From a virus (lineage: Duplodnaviria; Caudoviricetes), in IMG/VR virus record IMGVR_UViG_3300036851_000016, positions 1-62,483 of that record: DNA of 62,483 bases, one strand, 5' to 3'. A model generated the notes under the pieces. The model saw only the letters and a list, made by a program, of their open reading frames with translations. It had not been told where the DNA came from and did not search any database. Every line of letters starts with the position of its first letter. Positions within the stretch are counted from its first letter, which is position 1. Both the position numbers and the translations under genes were made by a program. Shown in pieces: positions 27,450 to 37,569 of this stretch.

Positions 27450-27508
27450 CAGGTGACATTTATTGTTATGTACCATACCGGTACACCCCTCTGTAGCTGG
27501 TCCCATCT

Positions 27509-27523
27509 TGGCATGAAAATTGC
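27509..27523 (+). promoter_or_regulatory. Sigma54-type promoter
   Basis: TGGCATGAAAATTGC, near-perfect TGGCA-N6-TTGC. Confidence 0.6.
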
Positions 27524-27859
27524 GGCCCATCACAATCACACATCTTAGGAAATAATTATTAAACCCAAAAATAAAAGGGACTCCTACATGGAACAAGTCC
27601 TGAAGTGTATATAGAAATATAATATTATCTGATTGGAATGGTCCCATCTGAGCATTCTATATACAGATAGAGGATACCCCGATAATAGCTATTAGGCTGT
27701 CTCTGGTGGACGAACGGAAGCGAGGCAGTATCGGAGGTCGTTTTTTGGTTTGCGTGGCTCAGCGAGGCTCTAATACGGTCCTAGAGGGTATTCTGAAATG
27801 ACGAACGAAAAGCGAAAATACGATTATTAATTTCCTAATATTATATACAAAAAGAAAAC

Positions 27860-27888
27860 TTGACTTTCAGTTCCACATATGGTAGCTT
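27860..27888 (+). promoter_or_regulatory. Sigma70-like promoter for the rightward (late) arm
   Basis: TTGACT-N17-TAGCTT, extended TG, AT-rich UP element. Confidence 0.55.
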
Positions 27889-27980
27889 GTGTCGGTCGGA
27901 CTACTATTAGTGGACTGAAATTCCACCTAATATTAGTCTAGTTATAGTCGAGGAAGCCAGAATCGGAGAAGGAGAACAGT

Positions 27981-28208
27981 ATGCCAGTTAATCTCACAAT
28001 CACTGCTAAGTCTGGTCCAGACAAGCAGAATACTGCTGCCGTATTTACAGGTAAGCCTGGTATTCTGTTTCTTCCAGACAGAAAGATTCTTCAACTGTTT
28101 GATGGTGGAGATACTAATTCTCCTCCTATTAAGGATTTCGATTTGACTGGTGTTACCACTGTTACTTGCACTATCACTGGTAACACTTACGCATTTACTA
28201 TTTCCTAA
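27981..28208 (+). CDS. Hypothetical protein
   Basis: AAGGAG RBS. Confidence 0.7.
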   Translation: MPVNLTITAKSGPDKQNTAAVFTGKPGILFLPDRKILQLFDGGDTNSPPIKDFDLTGVTTVTCTITGNTYAFTIS

Positions 28209-28246
28209 TTAAGTAGAATTGTAAACCTTAACATAGGAGATGTGAA

Positions 28247-28474
28247 ATGCCAGACCCTGTTCCGCCTGTTTCATCATCTACTCCTGTTACTGCATCTGCT
28301 AGTACAAAGACTACAGTGGATGTAGTAGCTGCGAGGAAGAAAGCTGATGAGAATGTCCAGCATAAACAGGATGCTCTCAAGAAAGCTAATGAAGCTGTTG
28401 CGCGTGCTCATGCAGAATTAATGCAGGCACAAAAAGAAGCAGCAGAATTTCCGGAAATTAAACCAGTAATATGA
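28247..28474 (+). CDS. Hypothetical coiled-coil protein
   Basis: AGGAG RBS. Confidence 0.65.
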   Translation: MPDPVPPVSSSTPVTASASTKTTVDVVAARKKADENVQHKQDALKKANEAVARAHAELMQAQKEAAEFPEIKPVI

Positions 28475-28580
28475 AATGGATTCAGTGGATAGTAATCGTT
28501 GGTTCAATAGCGTTTATTATCCACTGTCCAATCCTAAAATCTTGGTTTGGCTTTCGTAAACCGCGTGGTCATAATGGAAG

Positions 28581-28781
28581 GTGGTTTACTTAATGGCTAA
28601 GAAAAGAAAACCTCAAGATGCTACGATAAGAAATGTTCGTGCATCTAATAGACGAAGTAGTGATTTACTACTTAGACTACATGACCTTTCAACAAAGGTA
28701 AATGATATTCACAAACTAATTCTTGAACTGCAAGCTGATATGCAGAAACTGAAACCTCAAACGGAACGTCGTAAAAGGTAA
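28581..28781 (+). CDS. Small basic coiled-coil protein
   Basis: KKRKPQDATIRNVRA plus heptad pattern. Confidence 0.55.
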   Translation: MVYLMAKKRKPQDATIRNVRASNRRSSDLLLRLHDLSTKVNDIHKLILELQADMQKLKPQTERRKR

Positions 28782-28786
28782 ATACA

Positions 28787-29377
28787 ATGCCAATGGGAAT
28801 AGTTTCGGATAAAGAGTTTGATTCTGAATTGTCCAACGCAACTGGACAGAAGATACGTGAGGAATCAAACTCTACTCCGAAACCTCAACCAGTAACAGGC
28901 GAAGTATTAGACATGCCATCCAAAGGTAGAGGAAATGGTAATGTCGAAGTTCCAAATGGTTTGCGAAGGGTAATAGGTGCAACTGCTATTGAGGAAGGTA
29001 GAGATTCAGCATTAGACCTAGCTAAACAGTTTGGAATCTCCCCCTCATCAGTAGGCGCTTATACTTCTGGTGCCACAAGCACAGCATCTTATGAAGATAA
29101 GCCTAATCAAGATGTAATCAAATCAACTAAAGATAGAATTGGTAAAGTGGCGCGAGGCAAACTCATGAAAGCCTTGCGACATATTACTGATGATAAACTA
29201 CAAGAGGCTAAAGTAGGGGAAATCGCTGCCGTAGCGAAACAAATGTCTGGTGTTATTAAAGACATGGAACCTGAACAGCCTAAAGATAATAGTAATAGTG
29301 GTGGCCCCACCTTCATTTTTTACAGCCCACACTTTAGAAAAGAAGAAAATTTCGAGGTTGTATATGCGAAGGATTAA
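28787..29377 (+). CDS. Terminase small subunit candidate (HTH)
   Basis: LAKQFGISPSSV HTH plus helical C-terminal half; upstream of the large terminase. Confidence 0.5.
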   Translation: MPMGIVSDKEFDSELSNATGQKIREESNSTPKPQPVTGEVLDMPSKGRGNGNVEVPNGLRRVIGATAIEEGRDSALDLAKQFGISPSSVGAYTSGATSTASYEDKPNQDVIKSTKDRIGKVARGKLMKALRHITDDKLQEAKVGEIAAVAKQMSGVIKDMEPEQPKDNSNSGGPTFIFYSPHFRKEENFEVVYAKD

Positions 29378-29380
29378 CCA

Positions 29381-29632
29381 ATGGGACCATTTTCTTGGGC
29401 TGCTTTAGGAGTATTACTATCTTTCTCCGTTTTTCTATCAACTGTAATTTTTAAGATGGGTCAACTATCTGCTAGAGTTGAAGCATTAGAAAAATGGAGA
29501 TGGACTATGCGTGATGATATGCGTGAAATTTCAGATATTCTTACTAATATGAAATCTGAAATGGAAAGACTCTCCACTCTAATAGAGGAGAGAACAGAAC
29601 GTAGAGATTGGGCGACGAGGAAACAATCATGA
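29381..29632 (+). CDS. Membrane-anchored coiled-coil protein (holin/antiholin-like)
   Basis: N-terminal TM plus coiled coil. Confidence 0.5.
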   Translation: MGPFSWAALGVLLSFSVFLSTVIFKMGQLSARVEALEKWRWTMRDDMREISDILTNMKSEMERLSTLIEERTERRDWATRKQS

Positions 29633-29883
29633 CAGTTCCATACAAAACTCTTCTCTCTATTGGTTATGTTCAACCAATGATTCAGAATCAGATATACGCA
29701 TTACCATCTTCACGCTGTCTGTTATTCTGTGATACAGCCGCAGCTACATTCGAGCAATCCACAACCGAAGCATTCACATTAGCAGTAGCATTAACACCAG
29801 ATGCTAATGAACAGATTGAAGTAGGTGGTGGATTCATTCGTTGCACATCAGGTGATGTGAACGTAAAACTCAGTAAACTCTAG
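29629..29883 (+). CDS. Hypothetical protein
   Basis: ATGA coupling with upstream gene. Confidence 0.6.
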   Translation: MTVPYKTLLSIGYVQPMIQNQIYALPSSRCLLFCDTAAATFEQSTTEAFTLAVALTPDANEQIEVGGGFIRCTSGDVNVKLSKL

Positions 29884-29891
29884 AGGTAATT

Positions 29892-30272
29892 ATGACATTT
29901 CTCAAGAAACTTGGAGAGATAATCGCTCAGGGTTCTAAGATTGCTGGAATGATTCTTCCATTCATTCCGAATGTAAGGAATCTTCCTGTAGAAAGAATCA
30001 CTGATACACTGAATGCGATTATCAATGTAATCGTTCAAGTTGAAGCTATTGGCGCAGTATTCAACAAGAATGGTTCCGAAATGACTGGCGAGGATAAACT
30101 GAAAGCAGCTACTCCATTAGTTGCACAGATTATTCTCCAATCAGATGTAGTGTCTGGTAAGAGGATAGAAAATCAAACTTTATTCATGACTGGAGTTAAG
30201 AAAATCACCAATGGTGTTGTTGATGTTCTTAATTCTCTCAAGGATGAAGTAACTACCGAATCTACTTCATAG
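29892..30272 (+). CDS. Hypothetical, possibly holin-like protein
   Basis: GAGG RBS; amphipathic helices with G.DKL.AA. Confidence 0.5.
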   Translation: MTFLKKLGEIIAQGSKIAGMILPFIPNVRNLPVERITDTLNAIINVIVQVEAIGAVFNKNGSEMTGEDKLKAATPLVAQIILQSDVVSGKRIENQTLFMTGVKKITNGVVDVLNSLKDEVTTESTS

Positions 30273-30284
30273 TGATGATTGAGA

Positions 30285-32075
30285 ATGGACAGACGAGACT
30301 TCCTGAAAAGATTTGCTGCGGTTCCATTTGCATTAGGAATCGAGCTTCCATCTTTTCCTTTAACGAATGATGAACGGTCGATAGCGACAATGGCATTCGA
30401 TAAAGGATTTTGGAAACCAAATAAAAAGCAGGAACAATTCCTGTCGTTGCCTACCTCTATCTTTGAGGGATTCTATGGTGGTGGTAACGCATCAGGTAAA
30501 TCTGACGTTCTATTAGTTTATGGCTTAATCCATAGATGGCATGAGAATCCCCGATTCAAGCAAGTATTTTTGCGAAGAACCTTTCCTGAACTACGGAATG
30601 AGATAGTTCCTCGTTCACGAGAAATCTATCCTAAGTTTGGAGCTACATTTAATAAAACCGACATGGCTTGGACATTCCCTAGAATGGACCAGTATGGCGG
30701 AACTGGTATGGCTAATGGCGGTGCAATGATATTCCTCGGACATTGCGAGGAAGAAAATGATGTTCATAAATATGACTCAATGGAAATTAACTTATTCACT
30801 CCTGATGAGTTAACTACTTCCACTGAATATATTTATCTTTGGATTGGATTTACTAGAACAAGAACCAGTGACCCAAATCTTCCTGCTATTATTAGGGCAG
30901 CAGGAATGCCTGGTGGTATTGGACATACATGGGTTAAGAAACGTTTCGTATCTCCTTATCCTGAAGGTGGTAAGATTATCATCGGTAAGGGAAATGTTAA
31001 ACGTATCTATATCCATTCAACAGTTGCAGACAATCCTCATGCTGACCCTGCATATGCAGCGCGTCTCGATGGATTGGGTGATGCTGAAAAGAAAGCTCGT
31101 AAGTTTGGTGATTGGGATGCATATCAAGGACAAGTATTTGATGAGTTCCGGGATAAACATTATCCTGATGAACCAGAAAATGCTTTGCATGTAGTCCAGC
31201 CATTTGAAATTCCAGAATGGTGGCCGCGTATGATTATCGGCGATTGGGGTTTCGCCGCTATGAATTACGTAGGTTTCTATGCAATATCACCAACTAAACG
31301 TCTTTATCTTTACAAGGAATTGTATTGGTTAAAGACTAAGATTGAGGATTGGGCACCTGAAGTAAAGGATATTGCCGATAGAGAGAATCCTAAGATTGTT
31401 GCATGGTGTAAGTCTGTGTCTCAAGAGCGAGGCCAAGAACATACTATTCAACAACAGATTGAAAATGCAATTGGTCGTCCTATTGAGTTATCTAATAACT
31501 CTCCTGGGAGTAGAGTTGCTGGTAAGATTCTATTGCATGAATACTTACGTTGGAAAGCTAAGCCAGTAATTCCCCCACAGGATATGCCTACTTATTCTGA
31601 AGAATATGCCATGTGGCTTCTTCGTAATAAGGGCATGATTGATTACAAAGCGTATTTAGCTTTGTTTGACCCTCCAGAAGAAGAAACTAATATTCCTAAG
31701 CTACAGATATTCTGTTGCGAGGAAACTGACCATACTGGACACCCTAATTGCTGCCCTATCATGATAGATGCAATTAAGGCATGTTCTTATGACAAGAAAA
31801 CTAAAGATGGAAAGCCGGCTGAGGACGTGGCTGAATTTGATGGGGATGACCCTTACGATGATATTCGCTATGCTGTGGATAAAGCTGAAAGATATTTCGA
31901 CGAAGCGGGCAGAGAGTTTGCGAAAATACAACGCCAAGAACAACTTACGCAGGCGTTAGCACATTCGCAAGATTTCACAGCATTCTATAGGAACATGAAT
32001 ACTATAGAGGCTAGACCTCAAATGCAGGTCATTAGACCTTTTAATAATCGTTCTCGTAATAGGTGGAGAAGATAA
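30285..32075 (+). CDS. terL: Terminase large subunit with N-terminal twin-arginine-like extension
   Basis: YGGGNASGKS Walker A, LRRTFPEL, DE Walker B, PGGIGHTWVKKRF, DWGF nuclease, DDPYDDIRY. Confidence 0.92.
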   Translation: MDRRDFLKRFAAVPFALGIELPSFPLTNDERSIATMAFDKGFWKPNKKQEQFLSLPTSIFEGFYGGGNASGKSDVLLVYGLIHRWHENPRFKQVFLRRTFPELRNEIVPRSREIYPKFGATFNKTDMAWTFPRMDQYGGTGMANGGAMIFLGHCEEENDVHKYDSMEINLFTPDELTTSTEYIYLWIGFTRTRTSDPNLPAIIRAAGMPGGIGHTWVKKRFVSPYPEGGKIIIGKGNVKRIYIHSTVADNPHADPAYAARLDGLGDAEKKARKFGDWDAYQGQVFDEFRDKHYPDEPENALHVVQPFEIPEWWPRMIIGDWGFAAMNYVGFYAISPTKRLYLYKELYWLKTKIEDWAPEVKDIADRENPKIVAWCKSVSQERGQEHTIQQQIENAIGRPIELSNNSPGSRVAGKILLHEYLRWKAKPVIPPQDMPTYSEEYAMWLLRNKGMIDYKAYLALFDPPEEETNIPKLQIFCCEETDHTGHPNCCPIMIDAIKACSYDKKTKDGKPAEDVAEFDGDDPYDDIRYAVDKAERYFDEAGREFAKIQRQEQLTQALAHSQDFTAFYRNMNTIEARPQMQVIRPFNNRSRNRWRR

Positions 32076-32076
32076 T

Positions 32077-32505
32077 ATGTTTGGATGGCTAAGAGAACTA
32101 CTTGAAATTAAATATGAGTTTCGTGAGCGTCGCACTAGATTGACAACAGAAGTCAAGAAGGATGAAGTTATTTGTCAATCTTGTGAGACTCTTAAAACAC
32201 AACTAGAGATTGCTAATTATGAGAAATCTCAATTACTTGGCAAACTATTAAAGGAGCCTGAAAAAGAATCTGAAAGAACAGAAGCTCCACCAATGAATCA
32301 TGTTCCTCGTGTAGTGCCTTGGCAAGTTAGAAGGCAAATGTTAGAACGTGAGGATAGAGAGAAAGCTAAACTATTAAAGAATGCTCCTAAACCTGTAGTT
32401 GCTACAACTAAGGTTGAAACTGAAGAAGATAAGAAAGAAACGGAATTGTTTGAGCAGGAATTAAAGAATGCCGAGCAAGCAAGAGAAAGAACAGCGCAAG
32501 GTTAA
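32077..32505 (+). CDS. Hypothetical coiled-coil protein
   Basis: ORF with RBS between terL and portal. Confidence 0.7.
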   Translation: MFGWLRELLEIKYEFRERRTRLTTEVKKDEVICQSCETLKTQLEIANYEKSQLLGKLLKEPEKESERTEAPPMNHVPRVVPWQVRRQMLEREDREKAKLLKNAPKPVVATTKVETEEDKKETELFEQELKNAEQARERTAQG

Positions 32506-33055
32506 TACCCAACCTTCTCCAGGTTTATTGCAGAGGATATTTGGTTCCTCTGAATTTACACCTGAGATTGAAGAAGGTATTAATATCGCTAGGAAGGAAC
32601 ATCCCAATCTTGCGCCTGTTAAACCTTATGGTCCTCTTTCTCGAATGCTTATGTCACAAGCGCAGGGATTTACATCCCCTGCTAGGAATATTTATTTGAA
32701 CCCTACTCAGTTACAGGGTTCATCTCCACAGGATGTTGCAGATACATTAATCCATGAACAGACTCATGTTAATCAAATGGGTCCAAGTGCATTGATTAAT
32801 TTCTTGAAGACTTTTCAAGGTAGTGACCCCTATCATCGTAGACCTGATGAAATGGAAGCGTTCACTGCTGAGATAAATCGTCGTAATAGAATGGGGCGCT
32901 CACAAACAGCAGCACCTTCTTTTACGACTGGAGAATATTATGTCCCGAAAGGTGACATACATCTTCCTCCTGAAAAGGGTATTAAGGTTGGACCTACTTC
33001 TACTGCATTAAAGAAACAGGTCGGAAAGAAACAGGGAGTAAATAATGCCAATTAA
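32468..33055 (+). CDS. Zincin-like HExxH metallopeptidase domain protein
   Basis: IYLN, LIHEQTHVNQ, E.EA. Confidence 0.65.
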   Translation: MPSKQEKEQRKVNTQPSPGLLQRIFGSSEFTPEIEEGINIARKEHPNLAPVKPYGPLSRMLMSQAQGFTSPARNIYLNPTQLQGSSPQDVADTLIHEQTHVNQMGPSALINFLKTFQGSDPYHRRPDEMEAFTAEINRRNRMGRSQTAAPSFTTGEYYVPKGDIHLPPEKGIKVGPTSTALKKQVGKKQGVNNAN

Positions 33056-33800
33056 TACTGGTCCATCTTTCAATAGAATGCCTCAAATGCTACCGCCTGG
33101 TAATAGACAACCCGGTGGTATGGTTACTAGTCATGGATTTGACCCTAGTGTTTATAGGAGTGGTCTATCAGGCCAGAATAGACGAGATTTCGATGCATTA
33201 GGTCGAAATACTGGTGGTGATTATTCTGGCTGGGCTAAAAATGCAGGGTTTGGTAATGACCCCGCTAATGCATTTAATAGGCGATATGGAATGCCACAGA
33301 CTAATATGCCTGGAGTTAATTTTCAGGATTCCGGACATGGTAATGATAGATTGCCACATCAAATGGGAAGACAGCCACGTAGAACAGGTGGCGCTGGTGG
33401 TATGGTTGACCCATCATTTCGTAGTATGATGGCTATGAAAGCTGGACAACCTACTGCGGATAGACTTGCATCACAAGGTTTCAAAGTTCAAACTCCTAGT
33501 CCGGGAATGTTTCCGGGATTAGACCCATCTATCTTTTATCAGCACTTCGACCCATCAGGTAGGGTTAGACAACCACAACAGCAAATGGACCCTATGATGG
33601 GTGGAATAGGAATGATTAATACTGGTCCTAGTGACCAAATGATGCGTCAATTTAATCCCGGAATGATGGGTGGATTTGGCGGTGGTGGTGGTGGTATTTG
33701 GAATCCTGTTTATGACGGTGGTCCAGATACTAGTGGAATGATGGGACAAATGAGAAACCGCGGAATGGGCGGTGGAATGTTCGGTAGAATGGGTTACTAA
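33045..33800 (+). CDS. Low-complexity G/M/P/Q-rich disordered protein
   Basis: GGAG RBS; INTGPS and DPS repeats; coupled to the portal start. Confidence 0.65.
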   Translation: MPINTGPSFNRMPQMLPPGNRQPGGMVTSHGFDPSVYRSGLSGQNRRDFDALGRNTGGDYSGWAKNAGFGNDPANAFNRRYGMPQTNMPGVNFQDSGHGNDRLPHQMGRQPRRTGGAGGMVDPSFRSMMAMKAGQPTADRLASQGFKVQTPSPGMFPGLDPSIFYQHFDPSGRVRQPQQQMDPMMGGIGMINTGPSDQMMRQFNPGMMGGFGGGGGGIWNPVYDGGPDTSGMMGQMRNRGMGGGMFGRMGY

Positions 33801-36178
33801 TGGCTTATTCTTCGACTAAAGAAGTTCCGGAAGATTTACAGAAACTTCTTAAAGAAGTGGTAGACCACTTTGATAAGGAAGATGTAGCTATCCGTGAACG
33901 TCAAATAAGAACTTGTCGTCGATTAAAGTTGCTATGGGAAGGATTCCAGAAAGCATGGTATTCTGAAGTAGCACATGATTGGCGTATATGGGATGATGTC
34001 GATGAAGGTGGAGATACCGACCAAGCTTACTATGATAAGCCTGTTAACGTATTTAGGGCTTATCTTGAGTCTATTATTGCAGCATTATCTGTTACTGTTC
34101 CACCCGTCAAATGTTTTCCAGACGATGCTGACTCTACTCTTGATTTGGCTACTGCTCGTGCTGGGGATAAAATTGCATCTCTAGTCTATCGTCATAATGA
34201 TGTTCCTCTCTTGTGGCTCCATGCACTATTCATCTACATGACAGAGGGTATGACAGCTTGTTATTCATATCCTAAAGCAGATGAGAGTTATGGAACATAT
34301 GAGAAGAAAGAAACTACAGATGACTATGAAGAACATCAATATACCACATGCCCGAACTGTGGTTATCAAATGGATGATGAACTGGTCACTCCGGAAATGC
34401 AAGCGCAACAAGATGCAGTCCGGACACAACTAGGATTGAATGAAGATAAATATCAACCTGATGATTCTGATGTTCCTATTCAGGATTATATCAGTGAATA
34501 TGGGACTGAAGAAATCTGTCCTGCATGTGCGCAGACAATTATTCCCCAACTACAGAAAGAAACTCTTGTTGTTACACGTATAACTGGTATCACAAATGAA
34601 CCCAAGACTCGTATATGCCTAGAAGCGTATGGTCTGTTATATGTTAAAGTCGCGAATTACGCGAGGAAACAAGCAGACACCCCATACTTAATTTATGCAT
34701 ATGAAACACACTATGCAAATGCAATCGAACAATATGCACATTTGCATGGCGAAAAAGGCTTAACAGCCAACAAGATTAGAAGTTCAACAGGACCACGCGA
34801 CCCTTACGAGGAATGGGGAAGATTATCACCACAGTATCAAGGAGAATATCCTACTAATGTGGTGACAATTCGTAATTGCTGGTTGCGTCCTGCTGCATTC
34901 AACGTTCTCACTAATAAGGATGACGTTGATAAGTTAAAGAAGAAGTATCCCAACGGTGCTAAAGTTGTTTTGGTTAACGATTGCTTTGGAGAGGCATGTA
35001 ATGAATCCTTGGACGACTGCTGGACTCTTACTTATAATCCTCTCAGCGATTATATCCATCACGACCCCCTGGGACTTCTACTTGTTTCTATCCAAGAAAT
35101 CACTAATGACCTCATTAGTCTCACACTTCAAACTATTGAGCATGGAATCGGACAAACATTTGCCGACCCTGCTGTTCTTAATTTCAATGGCTACCGTCAA
35201 ATGGAATCGGTTCCCGGCGGTATATATGAAGCTACGCCGAAAAGTGGCAAATCTATTGGGGACGCATTCCATGAAGTAAAGACGGCTACACTTTCTCCGG
35301 AAGTTATGCCGTTTGCTACTAATATTCAATCACTAGGACAATTAGTATCTGGTGCATTACCTTCATTGTTTGGTGGACAGATTGAAGGTTCAGAAACAGC
35401 ATCAGAATATTCAATGTCTCGCGCGCAGGCATTACAGAGACAGCAGAATACATGGAAAATCTTTACCGTATGGTGGAAGCAAATCTTCGGTAAAGTTATT
35501 CCCATGTTCATCCAAGAAACTAAGGATGATGAACGTGAAGTTCAATATGATAGAGACAAGGGTTTCTTCAATGTCTTTATTCGTAAGGCTGAACTAGAAG
35601 GTAAGATTGGCCGTGTTGAATTGGAAGCTAATGAAAATCTTCCATTAACATGGAGCCAACAGAAAGATATAGTGATGCAATTACTTCAGGCAGCTAATCC
35701 TGAAATTCTTGCAATCATTGGTGCTCCTGAGAATCTACCCAGAATTAGAGAAGCAATCGGATTAACTGACTTCTATGTTCCGGGTGAAGATGATAGAGAG
35801 AAACAGCTAGACGAAATTAAACTATTACTGAATAGTGAACCAATGCCTAATCCGATGTTTAATCCTATGGACCCAATGTCAGGTCCACCAGAATTACCAT
35901 CGGTAGAAGTTGACCCAGATTACGATAATCACGATATAGAATTTCAAACAGTTCGTAAATGGGTAATTAGTGAAGCTGGTAGACAAGCTAAGACAGATAA
36001 TGAGCCTGGCTACCGTAATGTATTGTTGCATGGAAAAATGCATCAAATGATTGGTCAACAAATGATGATGCAACAGGCTATGGCTGGACAAGGTGCTAAT
36101 CCAGAACAGCCCACAGAACCAGAATTAAACCCAGAAGCACCCATAACTGGAGAAGAAAATGTTGGAACTATTCAGTAA
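33800..36178 (+). CDS. Portal protein with zinc-finger insertion
   Basis: 792 aa between terL and scaffold; SETASE...A.QR; CPNC and CPAC insert. Confidence 0.8.
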   Translation: MAYSSTKEVPEDLQKLLKEVVDHFDKEDVAIRERQIRTCRRLKLLWEGFQKAWYSEVAHDWRIWDDVDEGGDTDQAYYDKPVNVFRAYLESIIAALSVTVPPVKCFPDDADSTLDLATARAGDKIASLVYRHNDVPLLWLHALFIYMTEGMTACYSYPKADESYGTYEKKETTDDYEEHQYTTCPNCGYQMDDELVTPEMQAQQDAVRTQLGLNEDKYQPDDSDVPIQDYISEYGTEEICPACAQTIIPQLQKETLVVTRITGITNEPKTRICLEAYGLLYVKVANYARKQADTPYLIYAYETHYANAIEQYAHLHGEKGLTANKIRSSTGPRDPYEEWGRLSPQYQGEYPTNVVTIRNCWLRPAAFNVLTNKDDVDKLKKKYPNGAKVVLVNDCFGEACNESLDDCWTLTYNPLSDYIHHDPLGLLLVSIQEITNDLISLTLQTIEHGIGQTFADPAVLNFNGYRQMESVPGGIYEATPKSGKSIGDAFHEVKTATLSPEVMPFATNIQSLGQLVSGALPSLFGGQIEGSETASEYSMSRAQALQRQQNTWKIFTVWWKQIFGKVIPMFIQETKDDEREVQYDRDKGFFNVFIRKAELEGKIGRVELEANENLPLTWSQQKDIVMQLLQAANPEILAIIGAPENLPRIREAIGLTDFYVPGEDDREKQLDEIKLLLNSEPMPNPMFNPMDPMSGPPELPSVEVDPDYDNHDIEFQTVRKWVISEAGRQAKTDNEPGYRNVLLHGKMHQMIGQQMMMQQAMAGQGANPEQPTEPELNPEAPITGEENVGTIQ

Positions 36179-37550
36179 TCGACACAAGCTATTCTTTAGT
36201 CCTGACGCTCCTACTGGTGGCGGTGCTGCTAGTGGAACTGTTACACTTCCTGAAGGTAGTAGTAAGGAAGATTTGGCAGACTTTCTTCTTAAAGATGACG
36301 ATGAACCAGAAGTCATTGATTTGGAAGAAGGAAAAGGTAAGACTAAAGAGAAAGATAAGGAGAAGGATAAGACTCCTCCTAAGGATAAAGATAAAGACAC
36401 TGACGAAGAAGTAGATGAGGAAGAAACTGAGGAAGAAGAAACTGACGAACTAGATGAATTAGAAGAAGAATTACAGGGTCCAACAGAAGAACAATTGGAA
36501 CTTGTAACTCCAGTTCGTCGTAAAGAAATCCTTAAAAAGTATCCAAATCTTTTCAAGGATTTTCCATATCTTGAAAAGGCATACTTCCGTGAACAGCAAT
36601 TCACAGAACTATTGCCTACTATCGAAGATGCTAGAATGGCTGTAGAAGCTAAGGAAACTCTTGAGAGATTTGAAAGTGATATTCTCAGGGGTAATACTGA
36701 ACTTCTACTCAAGGCCGTTAAAGAAGAAAATCCACAAGGCTTCTATAAGATTGTGGATAATTATCTTGCTACGTTACAGAAGGTTGACGACAAGGCATTT
36801 TATCATGTCATGTCGAATGTAACTAAGCATACTATTATGAATATGGTGCAGGAAGCTAGAAGGTTGGGACTTGGAACTGCTGAAACACCAGGTCCGGGTG
36901 CTATCCTTCAAAATGCTGCACATATTCTGAATCAGTATATCTTTGGTTCTTCAGAATTTCAGCCTCCACAAAGGTTGTCTACTGAAGAAAAACCAGAAGA
37001 TAAAAGGAAAGATAATGAACTGGCGAGGCGTGAACAAGAATTTACGCAGCGACAGTTTGAAACTACTCGTAACGATTTGAATACTCGCGTCAATAATGCA
37101 ATCAAGAATACTATTGATGCGAATATCGACCCTAATAAAACTATGTCAGACTATGTTCGTAGAACTGCAACGCGAGACGCGCTAGAAAAACTCGAAAGTT
37201 TAATGTCTCGTGATGCTAGGTTCCGAGCATTGAATGACAAGTTATGGGAAAAAGCATTCCAAGATGGATTCACTCGTGAATCTGTCGATAGAATACGCTC
37301 TGCTAACCTCTCTAAAGCAAAAACACTGTTGCCGTCAGTCATTAAAACGGCCCGTAATGAAGCGTTGAGAGGTATGGGTAGAAGGGTCAGGGAAGATGAA
37401 GAAACGGCCGATAATAAAGGCCCAATTAAAGGTGGAAGGCCACGTTCCCAGGAATCTCAAAGTGAGAGACCACGTAGTAGTGGCAAGATTAAGGAAGCCA
37501 AGGATATACCACAAGGAATGACCACACTAGAATTTCTAAACTCGGATTAG
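36159..37550 (+). CDS. Capsid scaffolding protein
   Basis: Acidic N-terminus, coiled coils, directly before MCP. Confidence 0.75.
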   Translation: MLELFSNRHKLFFSPDAPTGGGAASGTVTLPEGSSKEDLADFLLKDDDEPEVIDLEEGKGKTKEKDKEKDKTPPKDKDKDTDEEVDEEETEEEETDELDELEEELQGPTEEQLELVTPVRRKEILKKYPNLFKDFPYLEKAYFREQQFTELLPTIEDARMAVEAKETLERFESDILRGNTELLLKAVKEENPQGFYKIVDNYLATLQKVDDKAFYHVMSNVTKHTIMNMVQEARRLGLGTAETPGPGAILQNAAHILNQYIFGSSEFQPPQRLSTEEKPEDKRKDNELARREQEFTQRQFETTRNDLNTRVNNAIKNTIDANIDPNKTMSDYVRRTATRDALEKLESLMSRDARFRALNDKLWEKAFQDGFTRESVDRIRSANLSKAKTLLPSVIKTARNEALRGMGRRVREDEETADNKGPIKGGRPRSQESQSERPRSSGKIKEAKDIPQGMTTLEFLNSD

Positions 37551-37569
37551 CCGAGAAGTAGGAGAAAAC

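Noticed and set aside
36125-36712. Long antisense ORFs (also 16873..17448 and 59021..59470)
   Set aside because: Shadows of real genes on the opposite strand; no RBS or recognisable motifs.
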